Source of the DNA: a bacterium
Lineage (GTDB): Bacteria > SAR324 > NAC60-12
Direction: 5' to 3'
NCBI GenBank assembly: GCA_965209155.1
Contig: OZ242383.1
Span: 3,968,001-4,032,000 of the forward strand
Length of the DNA stretch: 64,000 nt
This document shows positions 31,033 to 40,373 of this stretch, piece by piece. The position numbers and the translations under genes are program-made. The notes beneath the pieces were generated by a model, which was not told where the DNA came from, searched no databases, and saw nothing but the letters and a program-made list of their open reading frames with translations. Positions within the stretch are counted from its first letter, which is position 1, and the number at the start of each line of letters is the position of its first letter.

Positions 31033-31069
31033 TTGACAAAAAATGTAAATAAATCTACATTTTTGTAGA
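31033..31069 (+). promoter_or_regulatory. Sigma70 promoter with overlapping palindromic operator of the TA operon
   Basis: TTGACA-17 bp-TACATT; TCTACA-tttt-TGTAGA palindrome at 31054-31069. Confidence 0.65.
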
Positions 31070-31090
31070 AACCTCACAACAGGAGATGCT

Positions 31091-31357
31091 ATGTCCAATC
31101 CCCAAATTTCAGCCCATATTTCAGAAGAAACCAAAAAAAGGGTAGAAGCCTACGTCAATGCCTACGGAGTCAAGAAAGGGTTTTTTATAGAGAGTGCCCT
31201 TCTTCATCATTTACAAGCCCTTCAGGAAATTCCAGAAGATTTGATCGTTTCTCCGAAAATCGTGGTCTCTAAAGCGTCTGGAGAAAAGCTGCTACAAACT
31301 CTGAAAACCTCTCCTCCTCCAACCAGCGCGATGAAAGAACTTTTCCGAGATGATTAA
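31091..31357 (+). CDS. RHH antitoxin (DUF1778/TacA-like)
   Basis: 88 aa, N-terminal RHH, C-terminal PPPTSAMKELF; overlaps the GNAT gene. Confidence 0.8.
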   Translation: MSNPQISAHISEETKKRVEAYVNAYGVKKGFFIESALLHHLQALQEIPEDLIVSPKIVVSKASGEKLLQTLKTSPPPTSAMKELFRDD

Positions 31358-31883
31358 AATCCGTACCTTACAGCCCACCGATGAACGAAAAACCTTCCAT
31401 TCCGGCAATATGGATCTTGATCGTTTCTTTATTCGTTATGCCGGACAGAATCAATTCAGGCATCATCTCGGCACGACTTATGTCGCTGTTGACAACGAGA
31501 CCATTCAAGGTTTTGCAACAGTGGCTGCCGCTCATATTGAAGTAGCGGATCTTCCAAAAGCCATCCGGTCCCGTTTTCCCCAATACCCCCTTCCTGTTTT
31601 ACGGCTGGTCCGTTTAGCAGTAGATCAATCGTTTCAGGGTCTGGGCATTGGACGCGCGTTGCTGAAATACATCTTTTATTTAGCTTGGGAAATGAGTGCG
31701 AACTTTGGTTGTGTGGGTGTGGTTGTCGATGCAAAACCAGATGCCATTGCATTTTACTCACGATATGGCTTTGAAAAGTTGGAGGTGATCCAGGGGAAAC
31801 TCGGGGATCGCCCGGAACCCACCCCTATGTTTCTCGCCCTTCGATCTATCCCTAAGCCAGAAGTACAACCCGTTTCTGGATGA
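31350..31883 (+). CDS. GNAT acetyltransferase toxin (TacT/AtaT-like)
   Basis: FHSGNMDLDRFF, RLAVDQSFQGLGIG, VVDAK, FYSRYGF. Confidence 0.88.
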   Translation: MIKIRTLQPTDERKTFHSGNMDLDRFFIRYAGQNQFRHHLGTTYVAVDNETIQGFATVAAAHIEVADLPKAIRSRFPQYPLPVLRLVRLAVDQSFQGLGIGRALLKYIFYLAWEMSANFGCVGVVVDAKPDAIAFYSRYGFEKLEVIQGKLGDRPEPTPMFLALRSIPKPEVQPVSG

Positions 31884-31890
31884 GTTCCAT

Positions 31891-34800
31891 TCAGGTGCTG
31901 GTCCGAATTCCGTACTTTTTCATTTTGTTGAAGAGGGTGGCTCGGGAGATTCCCAGGGCGGCAGCGGTTTTTACCTTGTGGCCCTGGGAATTTTTCAGGG
32001 CATTGAGAATCGTCGCTTTTTCATAATCCGCGACGATCTGATCCAGCGCCATCTTCCTGGGGTTGATGGTATCTCCGAAATTTGAAGTTTCGCTGATTTT
32101 GGAATTTATCCGTTCCCCCAGAAAATCGACCTCTCCCTGGGAGACATAGCGATGCAGAGTGTTTTGCAGCTCCCGGACATTGCCTGGCCAATCGTAGGCC
32201 TGCAGGGCTTCCAGAAATCCTGATGTGATGGGCTTTCCTTGTTGAAGCGGTGCCGTGGATTTCAAAAAATGCTCGACCAGCAGAGGGATATCTTCTTTTC
32301 TTTCCCGGAGCGGGGGCAGGCGAATGAGAAAGACATGGATCCGGTAATAGAAATCTTCTCGAATTTGCCCCGTCTTTACCCGATGACTCAGCTCCTGGTT
32401 TGAAGCCGCAATGAACCGGATATTGGGCTTGATGACCTCGTTGGTGCCAACCGGGGTAAAGCCATTGCCCTCCAGGACACGAAGCAGCTTAACCTGCAGG
32501 TTCAGTCCGATATCGGCCAGTTCATCCAGGAATAAAGTGCCTTTGTCGGTCAGGTGCAGAAAACCGCGCTGATCGCTGTCGGCCCCGGTGAAAGCGCCTT
32601 TTTTGTGTCCAAAGAACTCGCTCTCGATCAGGTTTTCGGAGATGGCTCCGAGGTTCACCGGGAAAAAAACCTGCTCCTTGCGGTCACTGGCGTCGTGAAT
32701 GGCCCGGGAGACCAGTTCTTTCCCGGTCCCCGATTCACCGTAGAGGATCACGTTCGCATCGGTGGCCGCGGCCCGTAAAATCAGCTCGTATACCCGTTGC
32801 ATGGGCTCGCTTTTTCCGATAATGTCGCCAAACCGAAAGCGGTCTTTGCTGCGGGCTCGCAGGCGGACATTTTCCTCACGCAGGGAGGTTTCACTCTCTT
32901 TCGACTCGTCCAGCGCCTTTTTGAGGTTTTCGTGAAGTCTGGCATTTTCCAGAGAGATGGCGATCTGGGAGCTAAGGTGCTTGATCACCTCAAGTCGCAG
33001 GGGAGTGAAGGCTCCCTCAACCAGATTATTTTCCAGGTAAATAATGCCGCTCAAAGATGACTTATGAATGATCGGCGCACACAGGATCGATTTGGGACGC
33101 TCCCTCCGGATATAGTCATCTTCGGCAAACCGTTCCTCCCGGGAGGCGTTGTCCAAAACCAGGTGTTCCCGGATTTGTTTCACCCAGGAGATGACCGAGA
33201 GGGAGAGGGATTCGGCCTTTTCAACAGGCAGGGAAAGCGGTAGAAAACATTCGACCTGTTCAGTGCTCCCGCGGGCAGCGATGAGAGACTGACCTTCGGT
33301 TTCCAGAATCAGGGTTGCTGTCTGGGCCCCGGCATTTTCCATGAGAATGCCAAGCAGGATTTCAAGCAGCGGTTCCAACTCGAGGGTACTGGAGATGGCC
33401 TCCGAGGCTTTGAGAATCGTCCCCAGATCCAGGTTGGCTGAAGGAGACGCCGCTGCTTCAGTGTGATCATCGGCAATCAGCTCGAGATATCGAGACTTCA
33501 GGTGCGCGACCTTCCGTTTTGCCCCCCAGGCTTCGTACTGCTCCATTGCAGAGCGCAGGTAAGCCCCGGCGGAGTCGTACTTCCCCTGGTTGAGCAAGTA
33601 CCTGGCTGCCAGTTCATCGGCCAGGGCTTCCTCGTGGATAAACTCGCTCTCTCTGGCCAAAGCGATGGCCTGGTCATAGTGGTGCATAATGGTATCGGGA
33701 TCACCATCCAAAACCCGCATCCGTTCGGCTTCCACCAGGTGGTATTTATGCAAATAATTAGGCGGTGCGCAGCGCGCCAGTTTCTCCAATGAATCCTGAT
33801 TGTCATGAACCTGGGTGAAGATCTCTTCCTTTTCCCCATCAGGCCCCTGCCCACAGGTCGCAAGGAGGGCGAGGGACAGGTAGCAGTTGGCCAGGGGATC
33901 AATAAGGGGATCCTTGTAGGTTTTCATCAGGTTGATCATTTCAAAAACCGTCTCCCGGGCTGCTTCGTATTCTCCAAACAGAATTTGCAGCACCAGCTTT
34001 TGGTAATTAAAATGGCTCTGTTCATGGTAGTCGTACTCTGCAACCGTCACCCTGTCGTATGGAACCATGATGGCGGTCGACAGGGTCGCAGGTTCCTCCA
34101 TCAGAATCACGACTGCCTTCATCAGCATTTCGGTCATGGAAAACCCGATAATATAATCGATCTTCTTGAGAACAAGCTTCAACGTCGATAATTCTCCTTT
34201 CAGCCAATTCAGCTCCTTCCCGCACATAAACGCTATACGACTCCTTTCGACGACGCTAGAACCGGCATTGAAGAAATCTCCCGTTTCGATTCCCATCTTA
34301 TGAGCTTCCAGCAAGGGATCCAATGATGCCGATAGCGGCTCCCGGTAGAATCGGATCGCGCGGTTGAACCCCCCGGAAACACTACAGTTTATTTCCTTCA
34401 AATCAAGCGCTTCCATGCTCTGTATGCCCAGACGACCGAGTTCATAACCAAATTCAAAATCCTGCATATGCACGCAATATATATATCCAAGGTGAATATA
34501 GAATTCGGGTGAATGTTGCGGGTGAAAATGATTCAGCAGAAAAGAGATACGTTTTAAAGTAAAGGAGTGCCAAAAACTGTCATTGAAAGTAACCCGAGAC
34601 AAGCCAGAGGCCAAATGGAGCCTATATAGGATATGGACAATAACCTCGGCATGCGGTTGGGTGAGTGGCTCAAAGCGCATCACGTCTGCGACGCTTTTAC
34701 CGACCAGGCTGGGTTTGATTTGAACGAGGGTCTGCTGCCACTGGTCGGGAGAAAGTCGGCTTAGTTGACACCGCAATTTCTCTAGAATTTCCTCGCCCGT

Positions 34801-37548
34801 TTCCATGGCTTTCTTCAATTCGCCCTGGGTCGTGTACGCCTGGATCCGGCATAGATAAACGTTTACGAGGTCCGGGTCCTCGCGGGCGTTGTCTTTCACG
34901 GCACCCGCCAGCTTCTCCATCAGGTCAAAACGGCCGCAGAGCCTTGACATCTCCGTGGCCTCCTCATGCAGAGACAAGGCCAGGGAGTACTGTCGTTTCC
35001 ATGCGGCAACGCCTAAAAGCTCCAGGCCGATGGTAAAATATTCCAAGGCCTGTTCAAAAGCCGAAGCCGCTCTGGCCTGACGGCCGGCTTCCAGGTTGAG
35101 TTCCGCCAGGTGCAATCGTTCTTTCCATTTATCCTTCGCCCTCCGGGCCAGGTTGAGATGGTGGACGATGTCAAAAAGCAGAGCGTCATTTTTTCCAGGA
35201 GCGTATTGCTCGAGCAGGGTCTGACCAATGCGAAGATGGACCGGCTGTTTCTCCCTTTCGGCAATGAGGGCATAGGCCGCCTGCTGCACCCGGTCATGCA
35301 GGAATTTGTAGCTGCCGCTCTCCGCGCTCGCTCCGGCGGCCGGATTATCCAGCTGCGGAGCCTGGGAAAAACCGAGAATCAACCCGGTTTCCAAGGCCGG
35401 TAACAGGTTCTCATCGATCTCCCTGCCCCCTGCTCCACTGATCAGTTCCAACGATTCCAGGTCAAAGGTATTGCCGATGCAGGCCGCCAGGCTCAAGAGT
35501 CGCCTGGTTTCAGGGGAAAACCGATGGAGCCGGTCAATCAACAAATCCACCACATTATCGGTCACTGCCAGGAATTCGATGGCAGCCAGCTCCCAGGTCC
35601 ATCGTTTTTCCTCAGGTGAGTAGCGGATCAGCTCCTTCTCGGAAAGTAGGGTCAAGAACTGGCTCACAAAGAAGGGATTGCCACCGGTTTTGCGCACCAG
35701 AACCTTGGCCAGCGGGTTTGCCTCCTCAGGACGGCAGTGGCATGTTTGGACGAGCAGTTGTGAGATGTGTTCCGGGTTGAGGGGTTTTAAGGGAATCGTT
35801 TGCAGCGGCTGGCCTGATTTTTTGATCACCTCACAACTGATCATCAGCCGGTGGCCGGCATCCACCTTGTTTTCGCGATAGGCTCCCAGGAAAAGCAGAG
35901 GTTTCCTCTCCGGATCCTGGGCGATGCGTTCCACCAGCTTGAGAGTATCGGCGTCCACCCACTGCAAGTCGTCCAGAAATATAACCAGCGGCTGGTTTTT
36001 TTCACAGAAAAGGTCGATAACATCCAGTAAAACGGCAGTGAAACGGTTGCGGGACTCCAGCGCTCCCATTTCCGGCAGCGGGGGTTGCGGGCCGATCACC
36101 TGTTCCAGTTCCGGGATCACCCGGGTCACCAGTTGTCCGTTGGGCCCCAGGGCCGCCCGTATCCTGCTTTTCCAACGCTCCATTCCGGATTGGCCTTCGG
36201 CCGATACCTCCCGGATAAGCCCCCGCAGCGCCTGGATCAAAGCGCTGTAGGGGATATTGTGCCGGAGCTGGTCAAACTTGCCGGAGATGAAGAAGCCGTT
36301 TTTTTGGGCAACGGACCGGTGAATTTCACCGACCAGGGCGGTTTTGCCGACACCGGCGCTTCCCGAGACCAGCACCATCTCGGTCGTTCCCTGGCTGATT
36401 CGCTCCAGGGCGTCCTCCAGGGCGGCGATTTCATCCGCCCGGCCGTAAAGCCCCGGGGCGATCTGCAGCTCTTTCGGGATGTCATGGCGGCCCAGGGGAA
36501 AGTCGGACAGGCTCCCCTGGTTTTCGAGCTGCTCCACACATGCCAGGAGATCAGCTGAAAGGCCCGAATGACTCTGGTAGCGCGCCTCGGCACGCTTGGC
36601 CATCAGTTTCATGACCAGATTAGAAAGAGTTTTGGGCACCTGCGGCGCTATCTGGTCCAGGGGTACAGGCTGTCGGGCAATGTGAGCGTGGATGATTTCC
36701 ATGGCCTCCCGGGATTGGAATGGTACCCTTCCGGTGAAAAGTTCATAAAGGGTGGTTCCCAGGGAATAAAAATCACTGCGATAATCGAGGGGGCGGTTCA
36801 TCCGGCCGGTCTGTTCGGGGGAGATATAGAGCAGGGTTTCCCCGCTAAGCTGGGGGCTCAACGTCGTCAAATTTTTCCGGGGAAGCCGGATAGCCAGGCC
36901 GAAACCGGTCAGTTTGACCGTTCTCGATGCCGGATCGACAAAAATATTGAACGGGTTGATCATTTTATGCAGGATGCCCTGCCGGTGCACTTCTTCCAGG
37001 ATGCCGGCCAGTGAAACCGCTATTTTCAGCGAGTCCAGCAGGTCGAGCCGGGCGGCATCCATCAGCTTTCTTAAAGGAAGCCCTTCCGTGTTTTCCAGGA
37101 TCAAGACTGATCCGTTTTCATATTGCACCACTTCCTCTGACCTGAGGACCCCATCGATCTTAAGAGCCTGGGTGATCTCATGCTCATGCCGCATTTCCGC
37201 CAACTCCTGCGCGCTCTGCTCGGAAGATGCCGCGCCCTTGATCAGAACCCAAAGCCCGTCCCTTTGCCGCCTGCCGCGGTAGAGCCGGGTCCGCCCACTT
37301 TCAAAAATAACCTCCTCACACAAATAACCTGGATTGATCCTGTTTTTGGGTTGACCTTTTTGGAGTACTTGTGCCAGTTGTTCGTCGCTATACATTCTGT
37401 GACCTCCCTGGCTCCTATAGGAAGGCAAAAGAATCCCCTTTCTCTCCCATATCCTGATGGTTTCAACGGTTTTACCTACTTTTTTTGCAAACCGACCAAT
37501 ACTGTACATTTGTGATCTGTCCCGAATGAGTGATTGTGAGGAATTCAT
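31891..37548 (-). CDS. Multidomain sigma54-dependent activator: MerR HTH - kinase-like - AAA ATPase - helical repeats - GAF - sigma54 AAA+ - Fis HTH
   Basis: YISPEQTGRMNR, GSAGVGKT, LHDRVQQAAY, PKSILCAPI, GESGTGKE, GAFTGA, WPGNVREL, LGISRATL. Confidence 0.9.
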   Translation of the reverse strand: MNSSQSLIRDRSQMYSIGRFAKKVGKTVETIRIWERKGILLPSYRSQGGHRMYSDEQLAQVLQKGQPKNRINPGYLCEEVIFESGRTRLYRGRRQRDGLWVLIKGAASSEQSAQELAEMRHEHEITQALKIDGVLRSEEVVQYENGSVLILENTEGLPLRKLMDAARLDLLDSLKIAVSLAGILEEVHRQGILHKMINPFNIFVDPASRTVKLTGFGLAIRLPRKNLTTLSPQLSGETLLYISPEQTGRMNRPLDYRSDFYSLGTTLYELFTGRVPFQSREAMEIIHAHIARQPVPLDQIAPQVPKTLSNLVMKLMAKRAEARYQSHSGLSADLLACVEQLENQGSLSDFPLGRHDIPKELQIAPGLYGRADEIAALEDALERISQGTTEMVLVSGSAGVGKTALVGEIHRSVAQKNGFFISGKFDQLRHNIPYSALIQALRGLIREVSAEGQSGMERWKSRIRAALGPNGQLVTRVIPELEQVIGPQPPLPEMGALESRNRFTAVLLDVIDLFCEKNQPLVIFLDDLQWVDADTLKLVERIAQDPERKPLLFLGAYRENKVDAGHRLMISCEVIKKSGQPLQTIPLKPLNPEHISQLLVQTCHCRPEEANPLAKVLVRKTGGNPFFVSQFLTLLSEKELIRYSPEEKRWTWELAAIEFLAVTDNVVDLLIDRLHRFSPETRRLLSLAACIGNTFDLESLELISGAGGREIDENLLPALETGLILGFSQAPQLDNPAAGASAESGSYKFLHDRVQQAAYALIAEREKQPVHLRIGQTLLEQYAPGKNDALLFDIVHHLNLARRAKDKWKERLHLAELNLEAGRQARAASAFEQALEYFTIGLELLGVAAWKRQYSLALSLHEEATEMSRLCGRFDLMEKLAGAVKDNAREDPDLVNVYLCRIQAYTTQGELKKAMETGEEILEKLRCQLSRLSPDQWQQTLVQIKPSLVGKSVADVMRFEPLTQPHAEVIVHILYRLHLASGLSRVTFNDSFWHSFTLKRISFLLNHFHPQHSPEFYIHLGYIYCVHMQDFEFGYELGRLGIQSMEALDLKEINCSVSGGFNRAIRFYREPLSASLDPLLEAHKMGIETGDFFNAGSSVVERSRIAFMCGKELNWLKGELSTLKLVLKKIDYIIGFSMTEMLMKAVVILMEEPATLSTAIMVPYDRVTVAEYDYHEQSHFNYQKLVLQILFGEYEAARETVFEMINLMKTYKDPLIDPLANCYLSLALLATCGQGPDGEKEEIFTQVHDNQDSLEKLARCAPPNYLHKYHLVEAERMRVLDGDPDTIMHHYDQAIALARESEFIHEEALADELAARYLLNQGKYDSAGAYLRSAMEQYEAWGAKRKVAHLKSRYLELIADDHTEAAASPSANLDLGTILKASEAISSTLELEPLLEILLGILMENAGAQTATLILETEGQSLIAARGSTEQVECFLPLSLPVEKAESLSLSVISWVKQIREHLVLDNASREERFAEDDYIRRERPKSILCAPIIHKSSLSGIIYLENNLVEGAFTPLRLEVIKHLSSQIAISLENARLHENLKKALDESKESETSLREENVRLRARSKDRFRFGDIIGKSEPMQRVYELILRAAATDANVILYGESGTGKELVSRAIHDASDRKEQVFFPVNLGAISENLIESEFFGHKKGAFTGADSDQRGFLHLTDKGTLFLDELADIGLNLQVKLLRVLEGNGFTPVGTNEVIKPNIRFIAASNQELSHRVKTGQIREDFYYRIHVFLIRLPPLRERKEDIPLLVEHFLKSTAPLQQGKPITSGFLEALQAYDWPGNVRELQNTLHRYVSQGEVDFLGERINSKISETSNFGDTINPRKMALDQIVADYEKATILNALKNSQGHKVKTAAALGISRATLFNKMKKYGIRTST

Positions 37549-37610
37549 ATAAAATTGTTCTCATAACGATTCAAGATATTTACAGATATTTACAGATATT
37601 GTTTTAACTG
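37332..37610 (-). mobile_element. IS607-family remnant: left end plus MerR-HTH part of tnpA
   Basis: YSIGRFAKKVGKTVETIRIWERKG...GGHRMY resembles the IS607 TnpA N-terminus; 10-bp direct repeats agatatttac next to a cagtt terminus; AT-rich relative to the fused gene. Confidence 0.65.
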
Positions 37611-37805
37611 ATCCTGCGGGAGGATGATGTTATGTGACATCTTTACCTCAAAAACCATTTTGCAATGAGTGATTGTGGGGAATTCATATAAAATAGAATT
37701 CATAACGATTCAAGATATTTACAGATATTTACAGATATTGTTTTAACTGATCCTGCGGGAGGATGATGTTATGTGACATCTTTACCTCAAAAACCATTTT
37801 GCAAT
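37525..37805. repeat. 139-bp tandem duplication
   Basis: 37525-37663 vs 37664-37802, differing at only a few positions. Confidence 0.95.
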
Positions 37806-37893
37806 AAAAAAAATCAGCGTGAGTGTCGTAAAAAATTTCAACTAGAATTGGGATTGACCCTTTATTTTTAATATTGAAATGTTTTCTGAAAAA

Positions 37894-38420
37894 GTCATCA
37901 CCACCGGCAGAGCCGGTGGCTTGAAGAGGCCCCCAGGATGGGGGCAAAACGTGTTCGTCATCGTAAGACGTGCTCGTGCTCGTGAACGAAAAAGGCTGCC
38001 ATGTTAGATCATGAAAAACTCGATGTATACCAATGTTCCATCGAATTTTTAGCGTTATCTGTCCAAGTCATCGAAACATTGCCAAAAGGATCTCAGCCTT
38101 AGTTGACCAACTGAAAAGGACCTCATGGTCGATTCCTCTCCTGACAAGCAACGATTCTATGCATTGGCCCGAGGTTCCGCAATGGAATGCGCTGCTATTC
38201 TCGATGTTTTAAACGTGTTGAAGATCATCCAGCCTCCTTTATTTGACGAAGGAAAACAGTTACTTCATCGCATTGTTTCTATGTTAACCAAAATGTGCCG
38301 TCGAATTCACTGACCGTTCACGAGCACGAGCACGGCTAACGGACACGGATACGTTTCTCATGTCTGACCGGCAAAGCCTATTAGGTTCGCACCAGCAGAG
38401 CTGGTGGTTTAATGAGATTA
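37894..38420 (-). mobile_element. Non-autonomous IS200/IS605-type element, copy 3 (527 bp)
   Basis: Same ends; the TAAT target contains the TAA stop of rsmI. Confidence 0.85.
38001..38313 (+). pseudogene. Four helix bundle gene with 1-bp and 34-bp deletions
   Basis: Alignment with copy 1: ggatctcag vs ggatactcag, and loss of the NIAEGCGKNSF segment. Confidence 0.9.
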
Positions 38421-38421
38421 A

Positions 38422-39138
38422 TTATTTTATTCTGATGAATTTAGGATGGTTACCTGCAATGACGACTGTTATTTCTCCCTTAGGCTTTTTTTCGGCAAAT
38501 TGATCACAAAGATTCGCAAGATAATTTCGATGCACCTTTTGAAATTTCTTAGTCAGTTCCATACAAACGGCAGCTTTTCGATTGCCCAGAATGAGATAAG
38601 CATCTTGCAAGAATTGGTAAATGCGGTGAGGAGATTCAAAAAAAACCAATGTGTGAGGAGTCAGTGAGTCCTTTTCGATGAATTTTTTCCGTTGCCCTGA
38701 CTTATGCGGGGAAAATCCTTTGAAGAGGAAGCTGGCTGTTGACAAACCGGAGGCCACAACGGCTGTTGAAACTACGCTGGGACCGGGAATCACATCTATT
38801 TCAAAGCCAGCTTCAAGAGAGGCAGATACAATTTTATACCCCGGGTCACTGATACCGGGATAGCCTGCGTCCGAACACAATGCTACCGAGTAACCCAGTT
38901 TCAGAAAATTGAGGATTCTCGACCCCGATTCTACTGCATTGTGTTCGTGATAAGACAGGATGATCTTTGGACTTGGAACGGCATATCGTACAAAAATCTT
39001 CCGGGTTCGTCGCGTATCCTCACAAGCCAGGACATCCACTTCACCTAATACACGAATTGCCCTCCAAGTCATATCTTCCAAATTGCCTATTGCAGTAGAA
39101 ACGAGAATTAAAGTTCCTTTAGCTGCTTCAGTATTCAT
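38422..39138 (-). CDS. rsmI: 16S rRNA (cytidine1402-2'-O)-methyltransferase
   Basis: IGNLEDMT, ACEDTR, SDAGYPGISDPG, FESPHR, ELTKKF. Confidence 0.93.
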   Translation of the reverse strand: MNTEAAKGTLILVSTAIGNLEDMTWRAIRVLGEVDVLACEDTRRTRKIFVRYAVPSPKIILSYHEHNAVESGSRILNFLKLGYSVALCSDAGYPGISDPGYKIVSASLEAGFEIDVIPGPSVVSTAVVASGLSTASFLFKGFSPHKSGQRKKFIEKDSLTPHTLVFFESPHRIYQFLQDAYLILGNRKAAVCMELTKKFQKVHRNYLANLCDQFAEKKPKGEITVVIAGNHPKFIRIK

Positions 39139-39171
39139 TGTCAGAAGAACTTAAATTTAAATAATTCAGTT

Positions 39172-40278
39172 TTATGGTGTGACATGTACTTTGTCTTTCA
39201 AACGTTCAGGTAAATAGAGAGATATATCTATATTTTTCTCCGAAAAATACCCATTCTCCAGCAATTGGTAGTCAATCAAAAGAATTCCATCTGTTTGTTT
39301 GACCTCTTGGATTTTAAATTCATGAAATGAATTCGGCCAACCATTTCCTTGAACGACAGTTTGAATATATCCACGTTCTTCATCCGGATAATAAATGCTG
39401 ATATTTTCTTGGCTCACATTTGTATGCAGTTTTACTTGTTGCACCATCTCATCGAGAGACAATCCAAATTTGTGTTCTTCGAATTTTGGTCGACGAGCCA
39501 AAAAGAAATAAACCATCACCGATGTAATCAAGACCAACAAAAGACGCAAACCGATTCTCTTTTTCAAAGGTAGTATCTTTTGCGGATTCCATGCTTGGAT
39601 ATAAGGCACAAAAAAGCAGGATAAAAGGATGGTGAGCAATACATTGATTCCCAATGCCCACAGAGCATCACTGGGGAAATGTCCTCCCTGTCCCACTCGG
39701 GCGATGCTCATCAGCGTACCGTATAATAAACCAAAACCCGTTCCCGTCAATGCAATCCATCGTGACTGCCGATACAGCACTATTGTACTGACAAAAACAT
39801 AGGAGATAGCGCAATGTCCGCACGGGAAAGATTTCCCCTTTCCAGGAATGCCGGGTTCATACATAGGGCGATATTCCCATTTCCCACCAAATTCCTCGAC
39901 TTGTCGAGGTCGAGCCCGTCCCCAATGGTCCTTAAGAATAGCATTGACTAAGATTCCTGCGCCGAGGACGGGAGTCAAGACCAGGACCCAAAGGTAGCTT
40001 CGCCATGGAGAGAGCTTCGGTTTGAGGTATGTCTGGTACAAAAACACAATCGCCCCGACGGTAAATAGCAGGCCGGGAATACTTCCGTAGGCATACAACC
40101 ATTGCCAAGGTTGGATATCGATGAGCAGCCAACCCTCAGCTGGAGAAAATAGCTTGGCAGTCCACCGGCGGTCCAAATCCAGTCTGACAATGATGACGCT
40201 CACCCCAATCAAAACCAGCAAGGTCGTGGCAAGGTAATAGAAACCAGGCTTATTGAGTGAGCAACGCGCTTTATGCAT
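39172..40278 (-). CDS. PAP2 family membrane phosphatase with C-terminal extension
   Basis: KDHWGRARP, SFPCGH, RVGQGGHFPSD. Confidence 0.85.
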   Translation of the reverse strand: MHKARCSLNKPGFYYLATTLLVLIGVSVIIVRLDLDRRWTAKLFSPAEGWLLIDIQPWQWLYAYGSIPGLLFTVGAIVFLYQTYLKPKLSPWRSYLWVLVLTPVLGAGILVNAILKDHWGRARPRQVEEFGGKWEYRPMYEPGIPGKGKSFPCGHCAISYVFVSTIVLYRQSRWIALTGTGFGLLYGTLMSIARVGQGGHFPSDALWALGINVLLTILLSCFFVPYIQAWNPQKILPLKKRIGLRLLLVLITSVMVYFFLARRPKFEEHKFGLSLDEMVQQVKLHTNVSQENISIYYPDEERGYIQTVVQGNGWPNSFHEFKIQEVKQTDGILLIDYQLLENGYFSEKNIDISLYLPERLKDKVHVTP

Positions 40279-40373
40279 GGGCTAAAATAATAAATTCCCC
40301 ACCAAATTGCTCAGGTTCAGCAGAGAAAAGGCGGTAAAGATAATTGTTCAATTTATGCGAATCGTGGGAGATT

